Assembly (NCBI RefSeq): GCF_025526975.1
Contig: NW_026515689.1
Coordinates: 310,001-374,000, forward strand
Reading direction: 5' to 3'
Source of the DNA: Fimicolochytrium jonesii
Taxonomy: Eukaryota
Length of the DNA stretch: 64,000 nucleotides
Shown here: in pieces, positions 25,201 through 36,526 of the stretch
How the letters are laid out: every line of letters starts with the position of its first letter
How positions within the stretch are numbered: position 1 is the first letter of the stretch
Position numbers and translations under genes: made by a program
Notes under the pieces: generated by a model
The model's database searches: none
The model's input: only the letters and a program-made list of their open reading frames with translations
Told to the model about the DNA's origin: nothing

Positions 25201-28098
25201 TGTCGCCTTGCAGACGATCGTGGAGTCGGTGGAGGTGGAGGATCCTCGCTACGCCGAGCAACCCGCTCCCGCCCTCGATGTGGATTACCCCTTGGGAGCA
25301 AGCGTGTTCTTCCTAGGCCTTCAACAATACGGCAACGTCGCTGAAGTGTCTGGTTACGGTGACGAAAAGCTGAACATCAAGCTCAACAAGCTCATAGACG
25401 ATGAATTCTTGAAAGAGCTTCACTTCACACGAAGAAGAGCCATGGAGGCCGAGAGCGGAGAACGATACGCTCCGAGCTGGCAGGTTGCCAAATCGATCGG
25501 GATGTCGTCCCTTGCGCTGTCCAAAGTCACGTCTAGTTTGCACGTCATCAGCAAGGCGTCGGATCAACGATACAACGTTGGCCTGAATCTCAAATTCGAG
25601 TCAAAGAAGCAGAAGGTGCTCGGGTACACGAGGAAGACTTCGACGGGCTGGGAGTATTCCCAGAAAGCTGTGAAACTCATAAGCGATTACAAGGTAGGGC
25701 CTAGAAAATGGCGGTAAAGAAACGATTTGGGAATTTTGCTGGAACATTTCCATCACTAGGCACAATTCCCAGCTTTCTTCGACGGCATTGAGCAACGCTC
25801 CAAAGCCGATTTTTATCAAGACACCGACTTTTTTCCGCCGCAGTCGGCGTCCGAGAAGATGACTCAAATCAAGGAATGGTTAAAGAACGCTGGAGTCAAA
25901 GACCTCGAAAAAGTGGCTCTAGAAACCATGGCTCTCACCAAGGACGTTGTGTTAGACTTAGAGAGACAGGTTGGAGAGACTTACAAAGCGGCTGAACCGC
26001 TCCAGTACAAGCAGGTTATCGTGAAGAACGTCCCGAGACCGGTAAGTTTTCGTCTTTTGATTGTTCGTGATGAGTCTCCACCGCACAGACCTGATATATG
26101 ACTTGATTCACAGGCAGTATTGAAGGCAGCTCATGCGCGCCACAGACTCAACCATCAGAAATTTGATTTGGGGGATCGTGTGATATCTGTGGTGGATTCT
26201 GGCAGTGTGCCGCTTGGATCTTACGGCACGGTCGTTGGTCTCGAGGGCTCATTCCTAGATGTTCTCTTCGATAAAGCATTCTTGGGAGGTACCACACTGG
26301 GTGGACGGTATGTTTTCTATTACCTCCATGTTCCTTGCTTTGTTCCTTGCTTTGGAGGTCTGACATTTTTCCTATTTCACACAGATGCAAGGAGTCATGT
26401 GGGCTGTCGGTACATCGAGAGTCGCTATTGAATCTGACGCATATCCAGCCGCCGATCAAAGGCACCCACCCGGTGCACGTCATTCCGGCATTTAAGCCCG
26501 TTGCTAAGTTTGCCATGAAATCAGGTGGCTTGGTTGCAGCCCAGCAGCACCAACAGCACCAGCGGGAGGAGTGGATGCACAAGAAAGGATTCGATGCTCC
26601 GCCTACGGACAGCGCCTGGACGAATCCACAGCGCAAGAACGACGCGGTTTACAATGGGCCCAGGCATCAAAACAGCTATCAGAACGCGAATCAACCCCAG
26701 CAACGACAACACCAACCCGACTACCAACGCCCTAATGGGGTTCGAGGCTTTGAACCAAGACAACAGCCTGCGGGGAAACGGGATGCGCACGTCCATCTTG
26801 GAGATACGAAACAGAAGTACGCGTCAAAGTCAGGCGTGCAGATCGAGATCACTAAGCGATCTCAAAAGCCTGCCGAGAACACCACCGTCGCTCCTGTTGC
26901 GGCTGCTAACGACACGCGACAAGCTCCTACTAAGGCGAGCAAGAAACAGGTGGCAAATACCAAGCCGGTCCCCAATGAGAAGCTCGCAGGTACTGGACAA
27001 TCAGCCAATGTTCAGCCTGCCCCGCCTCAAACGTCAGCCCCTGCGCCCGCTCCCAGTCAGCCCCAATATGCACAACAGCAGTCAGTGCCCGTAAAGGATC
27101 GAGCGGCACATCAAAGGATACCGAGTCAGGAAGAGCAGCTGACGCAGAGCTTAAGAAACATGCTGCATATCGGTGGCAACGCAAACCCGCAACCGCAGCA
27201 ACACTTTGCGCCGCCAGAGCGTGTGTATCCACAATATTCGCAGCACTACGGACCGCCACATGGTGGCGGCTATCCCCCGCAGCACTACCAACCCTACTCT
27301 GCGCAGCGCCCTGGCTTCGCTCCATATGTCCCGCCGCCACAGCAACCGCCGCAACAACCGCCGGTTCAGGAAGCACCTGTCGTCGAACAACAACTTGATG
27401 AAGTCTCGGCACTAGATGTTTCCCGACAGCTGATGGCTATGCTGCAGCCCGCCCGTGCTCACAGACCGACCGCGTCACCCGGTGGAGGGTTCAATCCATA
27501 TCAAGTAGCGTCGACGTCCAACCCCATATCGCAAGCATCGAACGAGCTCGCAACGTTGGTGCAACATAAAGGCGCTGGAGGACACCGTGGGCGTGCAGCA
27601 AGCCATCAGCCGAACAAGAATGCTGTGCCTGGCAATAGACGCGGGTCGCAGCCTAATACGGAAGAGGCAACCGCTGCTGCGGCGCAGAACATCACGCAGA
27701 ACAACGGTGCCGAAGGAGATCAAGCTGGCCCGGACGCATCCGAAGCCCACTTCCAGCAAGTCCAGAACACGGGAGGACCTCAATTTCAAGGTCGTGGTCG
27801 CGGAAGAGGCAACTCGGTCAATCGAGGGTACTCCAATCAATACGGTCGAGGTGGACGCGGTTATCACCAACAAGGGCAACATCAAAGTTATCAGCAGGGC
27901 TCCTATGGCGGCCAACAACAATATCAAAATGGTGGAAATTATCGAGGAGGGTATGGACGTCCTTATGGACAGGCCCAACATCGTGGGGCCCATGTATACG
28001 ATCAGGGTCGGGGTCGTGGCGGCAAAACCTACCAGAACAATGGGGGTGGTGGTGGAGGGGGAGGACCTGCAGGCGCTGAAGCCCCTGGGCAAATCTAA
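22279..28098 (+). CDS. XRN1: 5'-3' exoribonuclease 1
   Basis: Motifs MGIPK|FFRWISERYP, DNLYLDMNGIIH, DGVAPRAKMNQQR, PGEGEHKI, YGLDADL and GNDFLP. XRN1-specific C-terminal domains (NVGLNLKFE; LGDRV), then a long Q/N/G-rich tail. Confidence 0.96.
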
Positions 28099-28337
28099 TC
28101 TTCTACTGTCTGCTTTTCTTTCCGGGCTGGTCTGAAACATTGTATTGGCGATGTCCTAGTTTTGGAAATGTGTACATAAGGCATTTTTATTCTACCAATG
28201 CGTATTTGCAAACTTCCTTAACATTTACTATGACTTTTACTTATGAGTTTTCACCCGAACCAAAAATTGTTCCATATCACAAGAAGAATTGGATGCTCGT
28301 CTCGCCTAGCTACAACAAAACGTGGTGCAAGCCCTAG

Positions 28338-31300
28338 CTAAACTCGTCCAGAGGCTGGTAATCCCGGTCGACCTTCGTCCAGTAACCAGTTCTGCCACAT
28401 CACCATCATGAGGGACCCCTCTACCTCATCCAAATCGGCGTCCAAGGCATTGATTTCCGTCCTCAGGTCTTCTACGTACGATTGTAGGTCCGCGAGAATA
28501 CGGAATGTTGTCAAATGAGCGGCGTTACGGTACTTGGCGCGAACCGGAGGACCGTTGTACGAACTTGATGGACGGCCGTCGCGCGCCGAAGGTGAAGAGT
28601 AATTTTCGGCATTTATTTCGTCGCGTACGATCAATGGATGATGGAGTTTTAGAAACTTGCGGAACCTGCGAAATAGTGTTGGATCGAAGGTTTTTTCCGA
28701 TGCGGGACATTATGCCCTAACCTACAGTACCTGTGACGTTCATTGGCCCCGACTCCCAACACGCGAGCCCATTCAGCTTCCACGGCCCTAATCGTTCCCA
28801 CACGGCTCCTGGTATAAGAGTTGTCTCGGGTGTCGTTGTGTGTGGTTCCCTGACGCCCCAATTGCCATCCGTGAAGCAATAAAGAGCATAGAAGGAGGGC
28901 CAATAGCACCCGAAACCAAGTCCCGTTCGTCCCATCTGAGGTCCCGTTTACTTTCAGTGGCGCGCTGTCACCAGGAGTGGTGGCGGCCCCTTGACTAACT
29001 TCCGAAGATCGTTTTGCACTTTCGCTCGTCGACCCGTTTGGTAGAGTTGCTGTTGCGGGAACCGGTTTCCCTTGTGTCTTCTGCTCGACCTCCGCTTTCA
29101 GCAAGGGGAGCGTCTGCGCGGCGCTTTCTGTTGATTGTGTTTAGTTCCTGAAGGATCAGCCGAAATCACTGAAACACTGCCATACCTGCCAACCCGGCCA
29201 TCGCCGCTTTCTTGATGATTCCTTTCATCATAGGGCTCTGGATCAATCGTCAGTTACACTTGAGACTGCCAGCACGGAAGAGCGCGTCACTCGCATTTAC
29301 CTTGAAGAAGATCACCCCACTTGTGATCACAAACCGGCACGAAGTGGGACTGACCCAGGTGATGCAGAACCGCGTCACGGGAGAGAAGGCGTCCGGATAT
29401 GGGAGGGCGGGCGTTTCGGATTGTTGTTGGACGATGTAAAGACTTTGCAGAGCATGAGTCTCGGTGTTGATTGTACGTCAACGGACGTTATACTCACATA
29501 TGCGGCTGTTGCTTGATGATAGTCTGCTTCGTTATCACCTCTGCTTCCTTTACTTTGACTGCAGCCGACGGATCAAAGGTTAGGTGCTGCCGGAGTTACG
29601 TGCTTAGGTTCGACCTTGCCTACCCATGGGGTTGTTGACTGGCATCGTATATCGGACCTCACGAGTATCATTTACCCAGGGCTTTTGTTGCCTCCCTAAC
29701 GAAACAAGGATATGAGCACGAATGCCTGATAGTGGTTATCTATCACCATGGACGTCCAACTGACCTGTTTCACCTCTGGGTGGATGGAACCGCTCAGCCC
29801 AGAACTTCGTGGTGTCGCTGAATAGAGTTTCGAACACTTTCTATAGGGTGCATTGAGAGTAATGATTAGGTCCCGCATCCTGGCGCGTTGGAGCTCTGTT
29901 CTAGTGACTTTACCTTCGCCGGTGCCTGTATGATATCATCAACCTCCCTTTTCTCTTGATGATCCGCTCCGCATCCACAATCGACCGGCGAAGAGGGGGC
30001 CTGGAAATCCGGGGGTAGGGCTTATGAAACACTGGTCAGTATCGCTTCATCAACATCCAGCTCGGTGCATTACTCACCAGAATCATCTGTCTCAGTTTTG
30101 GGTACTTCTTCTTCCGTCGTGGGCAAAGTGGGTTCCCTAGCATCCGACAGGCTTAGAGCAGTGGTGTCTTCGACGGAACGAGGAGCCGGAGAAGGCTTCC
30201 GTTGATGAATCGCATGGAGCAAATCTTGACGACTTAGTCGTGGCTAAGCTCGAAAAGTGGCTTAGCTCTGGAACAAAGATAGTAGCGGTAATGCAGGGAA
30301 ATGTGTACCTCAGCCTTCACATTCTGCCATGCGAGTTTGATCGCGTTGAACTTCTGCTCGTCTTTGAGGAACAGCTTGAAAGTATGTTGCTGTTGATAGG
30401 CCGCGACATAGAGATGTAAGTCACCTGCTCATTTCCAAAAGCCGGGACTGGCTTACCGAGTTGTCCTTGCAGGTGATGATGAGCGAGCTGTATAACGGGC
30501 CTCTTCTCAAGACGACGTCTTCAACGTCGGCGGTGTCCACCACAAGCTGGAGGTTTTGAAGTCATAAGACTCCACGTCATGATTCCTGAATATTGACGAG
30601 TGCTCGCTTACAATGTTGACAAACCCCAAGATGTTCGAATGAACTGGTGCGGGGGAAGAGGGGGTTAGGTGAGGGATATTGAAGTGGAGGATGCAAGGGA
30701 GGGCTGGGCTGATCGTACGTACAGCAAATCCGGTCGTACGTTAGATACAGCTTGCCATGTATCACTATATCTTTCTGCCATCCGAGCGAGAATGCTGCAG
30801 TGAAAGATTAGTAGGTCGCGTATGGCCGCTATCATCCGAATACCGTACAAAGCCACTTTACCATCCATGACAAAATCGTCGCGCGGAACCTGGCGCAGGA
30901 TCCGGTGCAATTTGACATTCTCTTTGCGGAGTGCAGGGTCCGAATAAACCAACTCCATCGATTCCGCCGCAGCATCGTTCTGCTGTGCTTCAAATGGCGT
31001 TTCCTCAGCATCCTCATCTTCAGACTCTCCGTCCGCGGGCGTGACGGGTGGCAATTCGTTGATAGTTGAGAGCGGCCCTCCCTCATCATCGTATTCAATA
31101 ATGGTGCCATTGGCAGGCGTGTTGCTGAGGACAAAGTCCGACGACGGATTTTTGAGCGCGTCTTTCTTCGCCTGCTCGATGGCAGATATCCATTCTCGCA
31201 AATCGTCCTCCGTCTCGGCTTGGAACTGAACGGGCTTTCTAAATGCGAACCGCGTCAGCAAGGAGGCCTTCACGGCCAAACAATTCGGGATATCCCACCT

Positions 31301-32790
31301 TCTAGCAACGGCCAGTTCGAAGCAATTGCGCCGGTCCTCAATTTGTACAGCGCGAACGTTACAAATGAGGACGTTCAGGGCCAATGACGTCAAGAGCACG
31401 CCGGGTTTTGTGACAGAAAGAGTCCTATAGGACAACCCCCCGGTTGATAATCGAAGCCACTTCCTTGTCCAGCCCCGCGCTGCGCGGCTGAAAATGTAGC
31501 CCTCTTTGTACACGGTGGTCCCCTCGGAGTCTATGGGGGCCGATGGTTCGGAGGGGCTGCTTTGTGCGGGATTGCATTTCGCTATGGTGCCCTGATACAT
31601 GGACGTCAGTCCCTCCATTTTCATCCGTCTGCTTGCAAACGGTCAAAGACTCTGTTCTCGTACCTCTTCCAAGGTTTTCCGCTTGGTTTCAATTTGCGAG
31701 AGAAGGCGAGAGTGGAGGGTGTTTTTGCGAGCTTCCAAGGTATCCGCCAACGCGACCTCTTGCATCTGCGTTACATCTTTGTGGAACTGCATGGTGCAAA
31801 CCGCAGTCTCATGCAGTACTTCCAGTAGCTTTTCATATAGACTGGTTCGGAATACGATGATCGTAGTGCATATGCCAAGAGCCGCGTGGATGTATTGCTT
31901 GCGGTACTCAAACAGCACGGACGACTCTTCTTTGAGAACACTTGGTTCCTTTGAAGGGGAGACGGCGGAAAACCTTTGTAGCGCAGTTTCGAACCTCTCT
32001 AATGACCGCTCGAAATTTCTCAGATCGCTTTTTATTCTTCGAGAGTCCTTGAGAAGTCGCTCAAGCGGTTCTATCTTGTCCAACATGTCGTCCACGAGCT
32101 TATTCTGGGCGTGATAGGTGGCTTGGAGTCTGCTGGCGCAAGACTTCCACAGTTGTGGGTCTGCAAACCCGAAGCGTCAGTATTATCAACAACCAACAAC
32201 ACATCAACCCATCAACCCATCAACCTATCAACCATCGACCATAAACCCATCAACCATCGACCATAAACCCATCAACAACCATCAACCCACCAACCCATCA
32301 ACCCATCAATCACCAGCCATCACCGGTCGAATGTCAACCACCAACCGCGTATCGACAACCACGGGGGTGAGGGGAGTATTGCGCCTTCGGCGCAATGTGG
32401 CTCGCTCGCTCCGTCTCTATGCCCGGTCTCCCGGACCGAACCCCGAGCCCTCGCTATGCTCGGTCGCTCCACTCAATCACACCGCTCAGTCCACATACTT
32501 TGATGGAAGTGAATTTCGGAGGTTGTGCTGACGATAGCAGCGAGCGCTTCGTTTTTCTCTGTTGTATTGAGCAAAATCAGCAAGAATAATAAATGAAAGG
32601 AAAAACCACAATAAAGCTTTCTCTATTTACTTATGTACTCGCGAAAATAGTGTCTCCAAACGGCAATGAACTTCTCGAGCCACCCTATGAAAGTATCCAA
32701 GTCTATTTCGAAGCGGATGACGGCGGCACGGAACTGAGGCGAGTCGGCAGCCGCCATCTCGAGGGAGAGCGGGGTAGTTATGGGATCCAT
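28338..32790 (-). CDS. BAR-PH-GRAM-VASt sterol transfer protein (SIP3/LAM1-like), multi-exon
   Basis: BAR start (DSPQFRAAV), PH (KEGYIF...DRRNCFE...FQAETEDDLREWI), GRAM (HGKLYLT), VASt-like (TPALPYPDAFSPVTRFCITWV) and a C-terminal TM helix. Confidence 0.8.
32188..32346. repeat. Degenerate (CCCATCAA)n minisatellite inside an intron
   Basis: About 160 bp of CCCATCAA/CCATCGA/CCATAAA variants within the 32161-32498 intron. Confidence 0.85.
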
Positions 32791-33112
32791 TCTGCCTGCA
32801 AGTTTCTCGCAGGGTATGTATGAAGAAGGTAGACGAGGCTGACGAGCGAGCGAAAGCAGTTCAAGAGCCAGAAGCCAACGTCGTAGTGGCTTGTTGGCCT
32901 GTGGCGAAAAAAGGAGTGCAGGAGGAAAGGGGGGGGAAGAAGGGGAAGATATCTCACACCTCCCACGCGTCAATCCACACGCGTTTTCGACGTTTTCGCG
33001 CTCTCTCTCTCGAGTCTCGACATGGAGTTCGCAAGCAACATCAACGGCTCATCGCTCGCGAACGATAACACACTTGGCAAGTGACCTCGACTACGGAAGA
33101 GCCTTATGTGCA

Positions 33113-35352
33113 ATGGCTTCGTCGCTCAAGCACGCTGCCCGCATCCTCTTGAGCGCACTGGACCAGCTGGACGGTCTTGGCGAGGCCTCAAAGCTAGCGC
33201 ACCACGCACACGAGAAGGCCGTGGGAATCTCCGACCCAGTACTTCGCCCGGCGGCTCCGATTGAGGACAGCGCCATGGCAATCGACGTGGATTTAGGGAG
33301 CCGGCCTACCGGTGGTCTGACAAAGACAACAGAGGCGGAAGGTTTCTCTGGCAGTTGGGGCGGGGTGTCCACAGGACCTTCCCCGCTCAAACGGAAGCTG
33401 GACTCCGGATTCCCATTGCCCGACGCCAAGTCTCAGCGAACCTCGGCATCTCTCTCCTCCCGCATGCAGCGAAGTTTACGCGTACATGAGAGTCATCCGC
33501 CTGAGGAATCGGCCGACTTCAGTAGCTTGGAGCACCTGCATGCGTCCGGATCTTTGTCCGATTCCGGAGTAGAGTTTCGTTCTCGCAGGCCCTCCCGATT
33601 AGCTTGCAGTGACAGCCATAGTTCGTTTTCGGATGGGACACCTGGATCTGCCGATATGTCGCCTGGGGTGGCATCACCATCTCGCCCGCTTTCCAGGGGA
33701 ACTAGCTCAAATGACCTAGATGCATCTAGCATATCAGATTGGATCTTATGCCAAGCTCGTCGAAATCGGGTTCCATTGGAGAAAATGCAGGCAACCTGGG
33801 AGCTCAAAAAGAAGGAGTTGGAATACAACTTGGGTCAACTGGTCAATGGGGTCCCGAGCGATTCGTACCAGGACCTGAAGCTGATCACGACCCAGATCAT
33901 AGAAACGGCCAATTGGCTGTCAGGAGGGAATCATGAAGAGCTTGGGGACTATGTCCCGATGTGGCGATCGACGCAGACCAATATAGAGAATGTGATCCAT
34001 TTCGTGAAGGTATGAAAGATTCGTCTTTCATGTCAGCTTGCACCCTTACTCACATTGGAGCAGGTCGTCGAAGACATGAAATCAACGATCGCAACTGGTT
34101 ACCAACCCGACGGAGACCTGCCCTCGGATCTCTTGCAGGCAAAGAAGGAAGCGTGGGGTGACTTATTGAGCACCGACGGTGCGAGATGGAGGACAATGGG
34201 GTTCCCCATCGATGAGCTACAGCCATTGATCAATGCCGCCGGTACTTGGATCTACGGACTCCCTTGGAATCACCTTGCTCGACTGGACGCGGAGCTGCAA
34301 ACGTTGCAAGGGCAGACTATGGATGAGGCAGCACATCCCAGGCTGCATGTGGTTGGTAACCATGGATCAGTTGCGTAATTCTGAGTTCGACCTTCTCATA
34401 TAGTTTCTGCATGCAGCTTATGGAGAGAGTTTTTGACGGCATCCTGTTCGCACGCGACTGTGCGGAATTCGTCGGACGCCCGATGAACAAGCGCATACAG
34501 GTTGGCGCGTTGAGCCTGGTTACCGTCTTCTTCAGTTTCACAATCTCTTTCTTCGAGAGCAAATCCCTTACCGCCGCGGACGCCCCCTCGACATCGGCAA
34601 CCACTGCACTCGCTCCGCCGACCACACTTGCGAGCGCTGGCCGCGGTAAAATGGGTGAAGCTCACGCTGTACAATACTTTGGCAACCTGGTGAAGCTTTT
34701 GGAGGCGCTCGAGGTGATGACGAACGCCGGGACGCCTCTCGAGACATCTGCAAAGTTGTGCTCGCTTGGGAAAAGCAAGCAGACTCGGCTTGGTCATTTT
34801 CGGAGACTTAGTGCGGGAGCACCAGACAAGTCGCATTTGGGAAGTGATAGCGAACCTCAAGACAGTGGAGACGATTGGGCACCGACTAAGGACCTCGGAG
34901 GAGGGAGTCCTCAAAATCGGGGTGATCAAGCAGTCAACCATGCGGCAGGTAGCCATCAGGCAGCAGTCAGACCACGATCATCACCAGCTTCGGTGAGATC
35001 ATCACACTCCGAAACAAACGCAAACACCCACAATGTCCTCTTTTCAACCTCCACAGAGCACGACCCTGAGACGAGATCAATTGTGGAGAACTTCGCGCGG
35101 GTGGTCGTAGAGGCCGGACTTCAGATTTGCGAATACTTTGCTGCACGGAATCACGGCGCAACGAGGACTGAGGGCGCCAGAGCATTGGTTGGGTCTACAG
35201 ACGTACGCATCGCTGGGGGGAGGGGGTTGCTGGTTCTTGTAACGGCGGTACGATATGTGCGAGCCGTTACGCTTCTTGCAGGATGTGATGCCGCCGAGAT
35301 GCGAAGGGTACAGGTGCTGGTGGATAGACTGCCCTCTGGGAGCATCATATAG
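33113..35352 (+). CDS. Hypothetical protein (3 exons, S/P-rich region plus helical regions)
   Basis: Three long ORFs (32891-34015, 34055-34378, 34411-35352) can be joined by short GT-AG introns. I recognise no domain. Confidence 0.7.
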
Positions 35353-35429
35353 AGCATGCCCCACTTGTAACTTAACTTTTTTGGCTACACAATGAGCATC
35401 TACATGATATACCCTATCACTCAGATATT

Positions 35430-36221
35430 CTAACTGTTGGGCTCTAGTTCAAAAACGGACGCTGGAAAGTCCTCCAATATGTCGCAAACAATCCCAGGCG
35501 ACTTCAATGTATACTGCCTCCAAAATCCGCCGTTCTCTCTCCTCTCGACGTTCTTCAGCTCATACTCGGGCAAAATGTTCAGATATCGAAACAGTTGTCC
35601 GATGGCTATGTTCTCCTCTACAAGCATCCGTTGATACTTTGCGTCGCTAATGGTGACAACGCTCGTTGCCTTGCAGCATACCTTTTGATGTGATGCATTA
35701 TGGTTGATTAGCCGTAAGCGGTGAAAGCGGATGCAGGGAGAACTATGTCCTTACTTTGTCCTGCAACAAGAGGTCAACTTCGCGCTCAAAGACGCTGGCT
35801 TGGGCGGAAACCTTCTCGTTCTTTATGATCTTCACTACAATCTTGGCGTTGTAGTAGGCGCTGTTATTCATAACTCTTTGAATATCGAGACGGAAATTAC
35901 CAGAGCCAGAGGCCAACCAGTCCTCATATTGCACATGAACCAACCTTAATATTCTCTGTACATTACCATTGGCAGTCAGGAGTATACGCTCTAGTGGGGT
36001 GAAACCTGGTGGGAACGTGATACTCGTTTCCCTGGACGACATGATATCTCCCTGTATGAACACCGGATAATCGTGAGGAAAAAGTCACGTAGCTTCAACG
36101 GGAGGAAAGGTGTGCATACAAAATGCCCAGGCGCCTTGGCTGGCTCTGGGAGCCCGTTTCCCTCCCTTGGGGGTGCGTCGCTCGCATGCTGTCCTCCAGT
36201 TGTTGTGCTGTCGACGACCAT
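35430..36221 (-). CDS. Chorismate-lyase-like/DUF98-like protein
   Basis: Spliced motifs LERILLTANGNVQRIL, FEREVDL, IAIGQLFRYL and FWRQYTL...CDILEDFP match the UbiC/DUF98-type pattern. Confidence 0.65.
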
Positions 36222-36526
36222 GATGACCAGGTTGTCCTGGATGCCCCAGCCCCATGTCGATGGGGGAGGACCTCAAGGGTCAGACGGGCAGAAGAGGCAG
36301 AAGGTTCGAGTGGCGCAGCAGCGCGTTTCCACTTTCACTTCCTTCGCATTTGGGCTTTTGGCGACCTTGCCCGTTTAGGAATAGAGCCGTCAAAGAGAAC
36401 GTACATACAGAGCTGTCTGAGGCGGATCCTAGCAATCACTTCAACCGAATTCCCACCGAACTCTCAACCGCAGCCGGCCTGTGTGCGAGCTTCTAGAGAA
36501 CTCCAAACTCATACCCTCCCAGAGGC

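Noticed and set aside
32188..32346. Repeat array as CRISPR or true telomere
   Set aside because: The units are short degenerate 7-8-mers without unique spacers, there are no cas genes, and the array is internal to an intron.
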